Assembly: GCA_043228905.1 (NCBI GenBank)
Contig: JBHGNT010000001.1
Coordinates: 1,922,001 to 1,986,000, forward strand
Direction of reading: 5' to 3'
DNA length: 64,000 nucleotides
Source: Azolla caroliniana
Lineage: Eukaryota > Plantae > Polypodiophyta
In this document: positions 50,545 through 64,000 of the stretch, piece by piece
Numbering within the stretch: position 1 is the stretch's first letter
Layout of the letters: each line of letters opens with the position of its first letter
Made by a program: the position numbers and the translations under genes
Notes under the pieces: generated by a model
Told to the model about the DNA's origin: nothing
The model's database searches: none
The model's input: only the letters and a program-made list of their open reading frames with translations

Positions 50545-53500
50545 TGATAATGTTAGGTCTTGTCTGCTATTTTCTCAACTTGACCATATATGTTATAAAT
50601 TATAATATTAGATCTTGTGTTTTGCAACTTATGGGTTCAAATCTTGAGCTACTTTTCTGAATTTAAACATATATGTTATAATGTTAGAGCTTGTGTTTTG
50701 CAACCTTAAGGCCATGGGTTCAACTCTTGAGTTGTGGTATGATGTCCTGATGTGTACATATTATAAGAATTCTAGTCATAGTCTGCACGTGTTACAATTT
50801 TACTACTCATGAAGAGATGAAATTCGTACATGGGGAGCTAAAGTTAGAACATATCGAGATAAAATCGGTACAATTTCTCATGATGAGATAGGATTTGTAA
50901 ATAAGGAGCTCGAATTGTTACTTTTCCGTTTAGTCGGGACAATGAGACGATGACGAAGTCTATTCCAAGTCATAGGAAGAAATGCCTCACCATACATTGT
51001 GATGTACCTATTAACACTTAAAATGTGGGGTTGCTATATATCATGTATTTCACAATGTTTGGACATCTCATCTTTTGGTGAGACTTTAGCATTTCAAAGT
51101 CCCAAACAAGCAATAAGATGTCCCAAACTAATTAGGATATACCTTGTTTCCTTGCATTTGATCACACCTTTGCAAGTTGATACGGTTTTAAAAAAAGGGT
51201 GACATGTCAAAACCATTATTAGGTGCGACATGAAACACCAACCAATAGGTGTGTCCCTAACTTCCATTCATTCTCAATAGTCATGTAAGATATCTTATTC
51301 CCAAATAAAGTAGGAGACATCTACAACTGACCATCAAGTAGCTAGACCTAACGCCACCAAGAAGGATCAAAATTCACCAATATCAACTCTATATGTTTTA
51401 CAAATAATTGAATTCCATTGAAAAAGAAAGCATGAGTTGGTAGTTAAAAATCATGTCCCATAATGGTAGACCACAAAACATTAAATGTCTTTCCCAAGAA
51501 AGCCTCCATTTGAGAAATCATGAGAGAGACTCATCATTGTGGGGGGCGCTAAGTTCCAACGAAACATAGTTGTTAGAGATTATATATGTTTATATATACA
51601 TCTTGTCTCATAGATGTAATGCAGGAGTCTATCCTTTCCGGCAATGATCCTCACCAATATTTACATTCATAAAAGGATTGGAATGTTTTAAAAACTATTG
51701 CCCTTCTTCAACTACCTCGTTCACTCATTTCCACCAAAGAATCCAAATTTTTACTCACCAACCTCAAATATGAAAGTAGCACTCGAGAAATTGCAAAGGT
51801 GTTTATAGGAAATTATTCCTATACATTTATCCTACTTGTGCAGGTGTGCATGGTTATTTGTTGCATCCATTTTGTTGTGGGTGGATTTCACCTCATTTGA
51901 CGTTTCCACAACTCATATAATGCATTTGGGGTTTCTCATTAAGATGAAAAAATATTGCTTCTACAACATGAACCATTGCAAGAACATTTTCACTAACTCA
52001 AAAACATGAAATTCGCACCAAAATCTTAAGAGATAAGCTTGAGTGGCACAAATATTTGACGTTCTTTGATTACATTTTTTTTCATTTCCGCCCCTCAAAT
52101 CGGGAGATGGTGAGGAGTTGAAACAACAATGTGAATCGAACAAGAGCTCGAGAGGATATCACCACGAAAAATCAAAATTGAATGTTATTCCTCTCCGTAT
52201 AATATTGCACATACATTTTTTAATTTAACGTCGAGCCTTTGGAATGCCAAACATGGTGCCTATTGGTATAAAACAACAATGTAGTCACAGAAAACGCATT
52301 GGCCTTGCCTTGGAACCTATCTATACATTTGAATCTTTAGGGTGAAAGTTTGAAACTACTTTGCGAGGAAATAAATTTCACAAGGAGACGTAATAAAAAG
52401 AACATATAAACAGTCACATTCATAAACTGTAATGAAATAAGAAAAAGATCCAAACTTTTAAACAATAATAGATACTTTTGTTCTTTCTCTAATTTATGAG
52501 CAAATTAGGTTAAAAGATGGCCAAGGACAAAGAAAACTATTATAATCAATAGGTGTCATGAGTCTTCTTAATGCAATTTTTTGTTAGGATTTGTGCTTTT
52601 GGCTAGCGCTATATGCTAATATCTTGGGTTTAAAGCCGTTGTTTAGGAGATATTTGCAAACTTAAATGTAGAGAAGATCTAAAATGAATGCAAATTCAAA
52701 CCCAGACCTCAAGGATACAACGCACAAGCTTTACAAAGGCACCATTGGTTTAATATGTATAATATTTAAATTTTCTTGTAAGGTAAGATTGTGGATCTAC
52801 GAGCAATGTTTTCTAGATCAGATGGTGGGGGCATCCAAAGTCTCTTATCTGTTGTATAAAGCAATGTTTACCCATTGTGCTTTGGCATGTTATGCCTTGT
52901 TGCTCGTGATACTTATACATTACAATTATATCATTATCGACGTCTCATAACCTTTTCTGTGTAGCTTTATGAAGTTGTCAAAATAACTATTCAGGCTAGT
53001 CCTTGAATTTCACTATCTCGAGATCTTAGAAGAGCATGTAGGCATCATACATGTGCAAAGCATTGTGATGTAAATAGAAAGGACATATCAATGGGTGTTG
53101 TAAGATATGGAATTGAATTTGAAACCAAGATGATACATCCTTTTTTGCAAGCATTGATGTCTATTTAGTTAATGCGCGATCATCTCCATGAGGTCACAGA
53201 CTCAAACTTGAACATCGCTCTCTATATCATAAGAATTTTCCTTTGTCTTAAAATCCTTAGCCACCTCAATCTTTGTTACACTTTGATGTCGGCATGTCCT
53301 ACAATCTCACAAATATGTTATTAGCTTAATCTCATGAAAATTTGAACACAAAGTCTAAAAATGGTGAGAGAATATTAGTAGCGAGTTATATAATACAAGA
53401 AAGCACAAAAAAAATCTAGTAAGCATGGATCGAACATTGAAGCAGTCAAAATAAAGTACGAAACGAAGGAGGTGTTGGGGTCGGCAATAAAGAAAACGTA

Positions 53501-54281
53501 ACGTCATAAGAAGGGGAGGGCAACCATCCACATGTAGATGGGCCCTTCCCCTAGACTTCTAATAAGCACCCCTTCTACACGTAGATACGTCATGTATTGC
53601 GTGCATAACAAAAAGACATCAAATAAAAGCATGGCATGCGTAACTACGAAGCATCACGAGAACGAAATGTGAGGTGCAGGGCACAAACGCACGGAGAGAG
53701 GCGACGTAAAGAGGGGGGCGGGTGGGACATGACGATATTGAGGTGTGGCATAGAAAATAGGACATGAGAGCGGAATGGACGAAAATAACAGTCAAAGGGG
53801 AGGGTGGGGGGGTAATCGGCCGTGGATGTTTGAAGTTTGAGAAAGTGGTGTTATTGACCCGATAGAATTTCAGATATCTACTATGAGGTTGGGTTGGTTA
53901 TAGTGTGACTACTGTCCATCACACACTCCCTTTGGGTTCAATTAAAAAACAAAAAGGGGAAAAAAAAAACCATCACTTAAACAAAAAGTCAAAATAAGAC
54001 ATAAAAGAAAAGGGGTACTCTAAAAACAAATGGGGGTATTGTCACGTGCGTTTGCAACGTGTCATGTGATGATTGCTGTCGCGTGCAAAAAGGGCCTCGA
54101 GAAAAAGAAAATTAAAAAATTAAAAAGAAAAAAGAAAAAAAGAAAAGAAAAGAATTGATGGACGGATGGATGGATGTTCCCTTCCTTTTTCTTTTCTAAA
54201 ACACAAAAGAGCACGCGGGGCTACCCCTTTCTGTCACGTGCGGAAATGTCGTGTTCACACTGGCCATTAGAGATGCACACA

Positions 54282-54283
<2 letters not shown>

Positions 54284-54339
<56 letters not shown>

Positions 54340-54557
54340 TTCTCTCATTCGATGCTTTGCTGAATAAAAGCCCCAAATGATGATGAAGACGAAGAAGACG
54401 AAAGAACCTTTAAACATATAATATGTACGTATGTATGTATGTAACATAATGTATGTAATGTAATTGCTTTCTCTTTCCTTTTTCGTTTTCAAAAGCAACT
54501 AACTACTCACACCCTCCTCATTCTTTCTGTGTGTTTGTCTTCTCACGGTTATTATGA

Positions 54558-54607
<50 letters not shown>

Positions 54608-54897
54608 AGATGTTATGGCATCTTCTCGCGAGGTTGGTTCTTCTTCAATTGCGTCACGATCCAATTTTGTCCTTCCTCGTATATTCGACGAATAGCACAT
54701 ATGCACACCTATGTGTATCACGAAGACGTCGGTTTTGCTTTTAGTTGTACCTTGATGGGTGTTGGTCTCATATGTGTCTCACATGTTGTTGCTTTTGCTT
54801 TTAGGTGTACCTTGAGGCATGTTGGTCCTTGGCAAGATCAATTTGCACCTCTCCCTCCCTCTCTCTCATTTTTTATCACTTTTTACTTGTTCTTTCA

Positions 54898-54940
<43 letters not shown>
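54284..54940. repeat. Three (CT)n microsatellites
   Basis: Pure CT runs at about 54284-54336, 54560-54603 and 54901-54940. Confidence 0.9.
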
Positions 54941-54942
<2 letters not shown>

Positions 54943-56799
54943 CATATTTCACTCTCAAAGGACACCATCACATTTGTTTCTTTCATTCTTTCGTTTGGTA
55001 GTGCTCTTTCTCCCTCACTTAATTTCTTTTCTTTTGTTGTATCTTGGCCTCAAAACCATACTTTTTCTCTCATATAATCGTAATCCTAACTACCACAAGA
55101 CTAGCTTTGCTTCCAATGTATTGTGCTTTCAAGTTTAAGTTTAGGTATTGGAGAACGACGACATTCACTATATCATGTACCAAGTTCCAATGTTTCCCTT
55201 CACAAACCAAACCTTTCAAAACTAGAACACCCATCTTAAAGGAGTTGTTACTAAGCTACCATGGATTAGACACAATAGAAGTCATCAACCAAATTTGTTT
55301 TTACTTAGTTGCTTTTTGTGGATAATACTCGAAATAAGAAATATGTATAACAAAGTTGCTCCATCGGGGCTAGACATCACATCACATATGCACATCTTGA
55401 CACTATCTCAAGGACTCTAGATCAATCATGAAATGGGCCCCAAATGACTATAGCATATTACACTTTCCAAGGTGCTTTACCTTTAGTGATGGGTCAAGGG
55501 GCTAAGGTCAAGAGGATTAGTTGATGGTAAATAGTCGATAATGGGCTACCATGTAAAAGAAGGTCATACCTATCTATACACGACGCCATAAGGAATCTTT
55601 GGAGACACTCATCCATGTGGGATCTTTGGCCAAGTTAGAATATACAAACTACAGGACTCAATTCCCTATGAGTTTTGACACAAGAAACTATGGTCCATTA
55701 TACTTGGACACTCTATCCACCATAGATTCATAGTTAGCTCCTACAATGGGTATTAATATGACTCTCTCTCTCTCTCATCTAATTTCAAATCTAAGTCTAC
55801 AAGTAGTGAATAAAGTGACCACGCTCTGCATAGAAATAGGGTAAGTTGCAGTGCAAATAGAGTAATTACACAAGACACAATGTAACCTAATGAGTAAAAA
55901 ATGAAAAAATAAATGATGACTTAACCCCTGAAACCCCATCACATGACCTAAATCCAAAATTTCGGAAATGTGTAATTACAAACTTAAACTTTAAATCTTG
56001 GCAGCATGTTAATAAAGAATTAAAGTAATAAGGGTTTTATGAACCTATGGAGAGCAATCTCAATTCACCTTTAACCATAATCTACGAATAAAGTGGAATT
56101 GCAAGGAACTCATACCTCTAACCTATGCTACTAACCATGCTCAAGCTCCTACCTTAAACAAAATCAATGTTAACTCATTTGACAAGAAATCAAAACAAAA
56201 CGAGAAGAAAGTAAAAATGACTCAAGTGCGAGGAATTGAGTTATATAAAAATCCATCGTTAAGTTAATCAAGTTCTCTAAAGAGAATCACTTGGCAAATT
56301 ACGTTCATCATGGGGCTCTAGTATTCTCTCGCACTCCTCACCTTCAAGGAAGTATTCCTAATCTCTCCTCCCAAAAGTGAGACCCTTGGGATCCTACAGA
56401 GCCACACCATATAGGCATCTATGTATAGCATGTTTGATACAATTTGGGATAGAATTGACCCACAATCGGTTAGCAAGGATGCATTATACCCTTTTCCTTT
56501 ATTCATCAACAATAGTAATTTGCTCAATCGGGCATATTTTCAAATCATATTTAACAACACTTATTTTATTTTGTGGAGAAAATTTTGAGCAAATTTGCCC
56601 TTCGTGGTGATCATCGGTGTGGTCAACCTCAACCATTCGCTAGGCTCGCCAATTATTCTTAACTCTTGAAATATGAAGGTCAAAGCTTCTTGATTTAGAA
56701 GCAAGAATACATTGTATGTATGGAGTAGGGTGGGTTATTTGGTATCTAGAGTTAAAGGATCTATGTTGAAGAAGTGTGGCACAAGTACTCAATAAGATT

Positions 56800-59700
56800 T
56801 TAGCTCCCCATTGCTCAATATACCCATTGGATGCATGTTGCCCAATGTGCCTATGGGGTTTGTGGATATGTATGACCTAACACATGTTCTTGCATCCAAC
56901 CTCATGGCACAATATTAAGAAGTCCTTCACTCATAATTTCTTTAGAATCAAGTATGAAAACAAAGTCCATTAAAATGCTATTGTTTGTCGTTTCTCTTAT
57001 GCTCTTTAAACTAGATGTAGATGTATAAGACATTGTAACCAATATCATTGTTGATGCACCACTTGACAAAGCTGCCCAAGTTTGGAAAAAATTTATACAA
57101 GCTAAATGTAATGATAAAAACGTGGAGTTTTAAAATATGCTTCGCTTTACATTTCCTTTTCACTTTTATAGAACCATGGGAGAATTTGTATGTATTTATT
57201 CTAATTAATTTATTTTCTCTTCAAATGAGATTGTAAAAGGTTAATTTAATTCATCACTTTGTTTGGTGCTTTGCACCTAATGTCCTATTTACGAAATAAA
57301 TGGCGTTGTTTTCACGCTGCATCAATTAAATAGAAAGTCGTCCCTTTTAACCTTTTCTTGGTGAGCAAATGTGTTCAACCACCATCATATTTTGTCCAAA
57401 CCAATAGGAAACGATAGTTTTGTTTCATTGCTCTTTACTCAAGGAACCAAAGCAAAAAGCAATGAAATTCCACTTGAATGTTTCGCAAAACCTCATGGTA
57501 AAGAACAAGACAGGAAACGAAAAGATCCCGTGAATGTGACAAGATCTTCTAAAACGTGAAACTAATACAAACACCCATTATATATCATGTTGTGTGTGTC
57601 GAACCAAATTTGTATTTTAGGTTCAAAAAGGTTCAACGTGTAATAAATAATTCATTCTCACTTCTTTACCTTGTATACAGTCTTGGTAACATCATCTTTT
57701 ATATCAGTAACTACTTTGATTGCTAGGCACATCAACTTAGCAAGAATTGCATTTGCATAGGTTAGTTGAAAACATGGGGCGTTTAACTTTCATCATTAAA
57801 ATTATTTGTTTAACTTAATGATAACGTTAAGCAAATTTGTATTATTTCTTCTCCAATGTGTAACCGTGTTCTCAAAATGATCAATTAACAAGATATGTTA
57901 GACACTAAACCTATATTGTTATCTTTTCATTCCAAAGAACTACTAGCTTCAGTCATAATCATGACAGTGACACATTAATGGCTGCAAACCTATTGTTTTA
58001 TTGTCAAGCAAGAGTTTTGTTTTTCAAAAGGATTCCATGAGAAACCAATGGAACGTGTCACATTCCACAATATAAATTTGCACCTTGGTACACCTTGGTA
58101 CGTATATATGTGTTAAAACACAAAGCTATAAATTTCTAGAGATAACCAATTTCTATCGACTGTAGCAATAACAAGTCAAGTGACTAACCTTTCTATTGGT
58201 GCACAATAATACTCTCTGACATCATATTCTCAATTTAGGTCATGTAGCTTGCTATTTCCGATAATGTTTTGTAAGAATTCAAAGTCAATCCATGATGTTT
58301 GGAGCATTTCTAGAATTTCCTTTTCGTTTTAAAAGATGTAAAGAAAGGCTTTCAAACATCTCCATCATGGTACTTGAAATGTTGATTCAATTTTATGAAC
58401 AATCTATATCATTCTTGCACACTTCAATCTCTAGACCGAGGTCATGAATATATTTAAGAGAACTTTTAGAGCATTAACCATGCCCATATTAACCTACAAA
58501 TAGCAATTGTGCCTTGATTTAGATTTCATGATCGGTATTACATTGGTTTATAACTTTCACTCGAGAATGTTTCAATTATAATCACATAGACACTTTCTCA
58601 TAAACAAACATTGACAGTAGTAACATGGAAATGAGTTGTCAATAGTAATATTTAGATGCACATGAAACCCCTCCTGTTCTACACTTAGCCATTGTTTTAT
58701 GTATTGTGTGGTCTTCTTGAAAGAGAAAATTGTTTTAGATCGAGAATTCCCTCTCGGATTTGATGTCACGTAGTTGACCTTTTGCGATATTATTCTAATC
58801 AATTTCATGCCACTATGTATATTGTCAATTAGGCCATTACATTGGGTTTTTATAAAACAAAGTGTAATTATGCCTAAATAGATTTATTTTTCAAATGAAC
58901 CCCCCAACAACTTAGTCTTGGAAAAATCTCATGCACCAAAACTCTAAGAAAGCGACAGTTTACTTGAAAGCAACAACCCGACGACTCGGCCACATTTTAA
59001 ATAAATTGCAATGTTCTTCGCATTACATTGAATCCCAATATCAAAATCAAATCAAGACATGAAGTTTAGCGAAATCATTTGATTTTGATGCATGATGTGA
59101 GTTTTTTTTTTATCATTATAAAGAAACAATCGAGCAATTATTCTTTTATTATCATCTCATTTGCATTTTATAGACCTTTTTCTTTGAGCCCACCATCACA
59201 CATTTGGCATGTCTTTCATCGAGTGCATATGCATCTTTTGACGACGATGGAGTTGTTGAGGCCTAGAAACTTGAATAGTTTTCAAAAAATTTAATTGAGA
59301 ATGACCCACAACAACCATGTGCATTAAAGTGTATTTTGTTTTTCAATATTGAAAATTTGAAATGTTTGCATGTTATGGTTTCAAATATATTGGAATGTAG
59401 TTAGAACTTAGGACTTGGTTTGCTCCACTATTCATTACCCCTAATTTGAGTTTATACTTGAAACCCTTCAAAATAATGAATTCCTTTTGTCACACGTTGC
59501 TAGTATTATATCAAAAGATTTTTTTTCCAAGTGGTGACATGCAAAAAGAGCAGCACGGGCCATGGGAACAATTTCGGTCCATTGAAAGAATCATTGGTCC
59601 TTTCAAAATGTTCATGAAAAGACCAAAATTATAACATAATCCATTGAAATGATGTCAATACTTGACTTGTTGGAGTTTAATCGTGCGAGCAATGACTATG

Positions 59701-60000
59701 ATGATGCTCTTTTCTTTGACCCTAAAAAGTAAGGAAGACAAATTGCAATACAGATTTAATTCCTGAATTTTGGTAGACTCAACTTTTGTTGCAAGACAAT
59801 TTTAGGCTTCTCCTCTCCATTACATCAAGCTAATTAGTGTGTTCCCTCCATACAATATTTTGTCAATGAAAAACTTTAGCTTTCAATATAGTGAAAACGT
59901 AATCAATGCATTCTCTTGATTTGTAATTGTGGTCCTTGATAGGATCATCATGATTATTTCTTATACACTCGTATGGAAGGAACATAAGAAAATTGAAAGG
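56800..60000 (-). mobile_element. Decayed hAT-like transposase remnant
   Basis: Minus-strand fragments resemble QWLSV (ORF 58572-58808) and an RNV.TRW.SM-like motif near 58035-58070. Heavily frameshifted. Confidence 0.3.
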
Positions 60001-60035
60001 CAACATGCTAATGTTGTGTTGCACAACTAGATAGT

Positions 60036-60359
60036 TATATTGAGTCAAGTACCCCGATCACTACATTAAGATAAAATCATTAAATCAAGTTTTTCTCAAT
60101 TACTTGAAAAACATTATGTGGGTAATGTATGGCAACTTGAATTTATATTGAGTAAAGTACCCCGATCACTACATTGAGATAAAATCATTAAATCAAGTTT
60201 TTTCTCAGTTACTTGAAAAACATTATGTGGGTAATGTATGTCAACTTGAATTTATATTGAGTCAAGTACCCCGATCACTACATTGAGATAAAATCATTAA
60301 ATCAAGTTTTTCTCAATTACTTGAAAAACATTATGTGGGTAATGTATGGCAACTTGAAT
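60036..60359. repeat. Three ~109-bp tandem units
   Basis: TATATTGAGT.AAGTACCCCGATCACTACATT recurs three times. Confidence 0.93.
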
Positions 60360-62343
60360 ATATATACAAGTTTACAACCCATGTACAAACATTCTCCACT
60401 TTCTCTTGAAATTATATCGAGGAAAACTCACCATTATAACCAACCCCGTGATATATTAAATGAAAAAAATGCCACTAAAACAATACACAAGGATTGTGCT
60501 CTGCATTACATTAAATGCCCTATGGCAAACGTTTAGACTCTACGTTTAAGTTCAAAACATTCAAATTCAAGATCACTCTTCATACTTGTACGTTAGGGAA
60601 CACTAATAAAGGGTCTTGAAAATGATAATGTGTTGTCAAGATATTGAAGACAACATAAAGGACACTTGAAAGGAGAAAAGGGATGAGAAGGGGCACATGC
60701 AAAGTGGAAAGATGGGCCATGTTGAAACAAAGGGATATTAAACGCAAATTCAAAACAACGATGATGTTATATAATAATGTGTTCACATCACTAGAGGATA
60801 ATGCGAGTAGCAAGGCTCCATGTTGGATTATGATAGATAAATAAACCAAGAAACCATGGTAGACAACACGGCGGAAGATTATATATCAATAAGTAGAGAT
60901 GGATATCCTTTTAAAGTTTATAGGATATCAATTGTGATTTGTGGAACAAATGAGCCCATGGTGAGGATCTAACTTACATTTTTTCATGCAGATCGCTAAG
61001 CCGATTGTAAGGGGGAGGGGGACAAGGTAAAGCCGTAAAATTTATGATCATACTTGGGAGGTCAAATATAACAAAAGACCAAAGTGGGGTTGATTAATGA
61101 ATTTTACTAATAAACATTGCAATTATAAGCTTGCATCTTGTGATTGAGGAGAGAGAATTGTGTGAGAATTATATGTTGAGAAAGCACTTGTTTGGGGCAA
61201 AATATGTGTATGCAAGGAATTCCCTTGGATGTGCCTTGATATCATCGCTCACATTGAAGGAAATATCAATTGTGTGTAAGCAATGGTGAGGATGGTGGGC
61301 GAAGGGATGCTTTCTGGCATGTATGAGTGAGTGTCATTGCGTGTGTTGTAATTTGGTGCATCATATGTAATATAATGTCCAAAACTTAAGCCTTCTCATG
61401 TTTCCAAGCCATGATATAGTGGTGTTACGATGAAGATCTTATTCACCAAGGAATCTATTGAAGCACACTTGAAGTAAGTGTATAGCATCTTGTCTTCCAA
61501 ACTATTTCTTTACATATTCATCCGAAAATATTGCATTTGAGTCTTTTAAACTTTTTTCCCCGCTTCCTTTGCAAAGCTAAAGAGAGAGTAGAGTGTCTAC
61601 AACCCATGGTTATGGATAGGAAAGAAAAGATAATGAACGGGAAAAGTCACTACTAAGGATGGTGGGGGAGGTAAAAGAGAATGAATAAATAAATCAAGTT
61701 CATCAAGAAAATAATAGAATATAGGAGGAATATACTAGGAACAAATCAATCAAATGATAGGAATAAGATGGATATTCAAAAAAGAAAAGAAAATTGAAAT
61801 ACCCCAAGAATTAGTGACAAAGAGGATATGAATATAAGGAGCTTGAGCAATTGATAAAAGTAGTAGAACTTAAAGTTTATAAGTCACCAAATAGGACTAT
61901 AAATGAGATTCCTATGAACAGAATAAATCAATCAAATAGAAAGGTCGAGGAAGAGAAAACTATACTAATTGTTAAACCATAGAATCAAAATATAGCTATT
62001 CAAATTTTCAAACAAGAGAAAAATAGAGATTCCCTGTGTTTCACTAAGAAAAATAACCACATCACGTGATGGAAATGCCTAAAAAATAAAGAAGAAAATC
62101 TACAAAATAAAAAGTAGTTGGCATAGTCAAATCAAGCAGTTTGGGCACTTAGCTATCGTCAAAAAGGTCATGTCATGCCTTTGATTTCTATCCGATACAT
62201 CGTACGACTAATGATGTTATTTTCTTAGTGCAAAGGAAATTTATTGTGAACCTCAAAAATCAATCTTTTTTATCACAATTTTCAGAGTCAAACATGGGAG
62301 AGCACGAGCAAGGTGGGAAGAATGGTTGAAGAAGTCTAACATG

Positions 62344-62505
62344 CTCCTAGAGTGAGATGAGAGTAACACACTTGTATAGATGCTTTGCCAAACATAATGA
62401 TCGAAGTGTGCAAATTCGAAGTCTTACACACTCCTAGAGTGTGATGAGAGTAACACACTTGTATAGATGGTTTGGCAAACATAATGATTGAAGTGTGCAA
62501 TTTCA
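62344..62505. repeat. Tandem duplication, two 87-bp units
   Basis: CTCCTAGAGTG.GATGAGAGTAACACACTTGTATAGATG at 62344 and 62431. Confidence 0.9.
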
Positions 62506-63770
62506 ATTGTCTTCTAGTGTGGTTCATCTGGTAAAGAGCTTGTTATGCAATGTTGTAGATCATGTCATCCACATTTTGAAGTACTCCACCATTGCCATAG
62601 ATATGTTTCATTGCCATATGGGCATTGATACACTAAAATGATTTAATATCTATATCCATTGTAAAACTTTCAATCTAGAACTACATGGAGTAGAATTCAT
62701 TAATGCTCATAAGACATTCAACATGCTAGTGAAAATTCAAAAATAATTCTACTCAATATCCATTTCTATGCAACAACATATGGGGATTATGTTCCAAAAT
62801 CTCTCTATGGACATTTTATTTATGGTGGGCCTAATAATATAAAAAGTTGATTATTCACAACATGAAATGTTTCTCTCCATGAAATTTTGCAACCCAACTA
62901 TGTAATGCCATGTTCCTTTTTATTACAATGTGGGAACATAGGACATTATGTTTAGGATAATGCTACTGTTCATTCTAGAATAAACACTAAAGCCTTGTTG
63001 GAGGCCACAGTATTACCCAACTTGTTTTGAAGAGTGGGCACATCCAAAGAGTTGACATGCTATATGCAAATACTTGGATAACTGTGTAAAACTGTTTCAA
63101 GTTGCTTAGGTGTTTTAAGTGAGAAAGACACCTGATTGGAACACAAACAAATCATCTCTTTTGACCTTAAGTTTTGGATCCCATTCCAGCAAGCTTTCAA
63201 CAATTTGCCTATTGGAATCATTTGTGAGTCATGTAACTGTCATCCACATCCATCGGTCATGTGCAAATGTAGAGTAAATAATGACACAGGTGCTAAGCAT
63301 CTTGGCAATACGTGGAAATAGAGCAGGATATTAACACATCGTAATTTGCCTACAAGTTCATAAATTTACCAAACTGTGAATCATATCTCATATTTAAGGT
63401 AGAGGACAATGCTCCAAAACTTGGAAGTTGTAACTGACTAACCCCTACATATAAACATCCATCATTCCATGGGAAAAATAAGGCTACATTTCATAGTCCT
63501 TTTAAGCCAAAACGTTAATGCAAGTCTGAAAAAATCATGCTGAAACATAGTTCAGTATTGGGGTACCGATATTATGTAAGAGGATATCCTTGCAAGTAAT
63601 TTGATTTAGATGCAATGCACCAGAGTAAACTTGTCCGTGTGTCTTTGCACCAGATGTAGAAAGAGAACTTTGTATTAACATCTACAAAGGGCCAAAATCT
63701 CTTCGGAAGCCAACATTAGAACCATGAAGAACATGATACAACTCAATTGCATAAATTTTGTCTGCATTAA

Positions 63771-64000
63771 CTAATTATTTACAGACAAAACCTTCCTGGA
63801 GAATTGAGAGATAGATTCTGCAAATTCATAGGCACTTTCAACACAGCGGCCCAGAGCAACGCCAGAAACATAATTCCCACCTAAAAATATACCCTCTAAT
63901 CCCGCATTCGCCAATGCATTGCGGGCATCACTTAGGATATCAAGATGACCTACTTCAAACTGTGGGATTGCTCTTGGCCACACTCTCACGCCCAATGTTT
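63771..64000 (-). CDS. PPOX1: Protoporphyrinogen oxidase (plastid PPO1-type), final exon; the gene continues beyond the window
   Basis: Translates to GVRVWPRAIPQFEVGHLD...GIFLGGNYVSGVALGRCVESAYE, the C-terminal signature of plant PPO1. Stop at 63771-63773. Confidence 0.9.
   Translation of the reverse strand, partial: TLGVRVWPRAIPQFEVGHLDILSDARNALANAGLEGIFLGGNYVSGVALGRCVESAYEFAESISQFSRKVLSVNN

Larger units (their letters stand above)
45600..52000 (-). mobile_element. Highly decayed Helitron-like Rep/PIF1-helicase remnant, interrupted by two LINEs
   Basis: Frameshifted minus-strand fragments occur in the expected order: Rep-like (..PLI..W..IIK....EP, about 49.2-49.35 kb), Walker A/Ia-like (about 46.45-46.6 kb), FDE Walker B-like (about 46.35 kb), TNMNI (about 45.98 kb), and QFPI..QG..YV.LS-like (about 45.7 kb). 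Motif resemblance by eye only; ends not defined. Confidence 0.4.

Noticed and set aside
53512-53556. Hairpin followed by CTAG as a Helitron 3' end
   Set aside because: The CTAG overlaps the stem rather than lying about 11 nt downstream, it is followed by A rather than T, and the orientation does not fit the minus-strand remnant.
54200-54245. Minus-strand TGACAGAAAG.. resembling the miR156/535 5' end
   Set aside because: The match breaks down after about 8 nt and no pre-miRNA fold-back is evident.
54174-55138. Several ORFs up to 194 aa with SLSLSL or ERERER runs
   Set aside because: Microsatellite-driven open frames without recognisable motifs or coherent splice structure.

Overview
Eukaryotic land-plant genomic DNA: AT-rich, spliceosomal GT-AG introns, many (GA)n tracts and heavy TE load. 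Intron and TE style suggests a fern or other non-flowering vascular plant, which is inference only. There are four genes, all on the minus strand: a complete 20-exon PARP1 (1300-13266), a clade-B AT-hook/PPC (AHL) gene (16035-17993), a class II KNOX homeobox gene (30143-39187), and the last exon of protoporphyrinogen oxidase (63771 to window end). Between them lie an internally deleted Ty1/copia element with both LTRs, PBS, PPT and a GGATC TSD, which carries a nested solo LTR with a 4-bp TSD. Two 5'-truncated related L1-type LINE copies each have a 17-bp TSD, and there are decayed Helitron- and hAT-like remnants plus several recent local tandem duplications. I found no clearly novel multi-gene system. 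The best leads are regulatory or structural: an extra N-terminal exon, short conserved motifs, a uORF and clustered Polycomb-type motifs at the KNOX locus; a stop-free in-frame 75-nt intron in PARP1; an orphan promoter-like island at about 53.5-55 kb; and a duplication junction with apparently templated filler DNA. Exon boundaries were read by eye and need RNA-seq confirmation.
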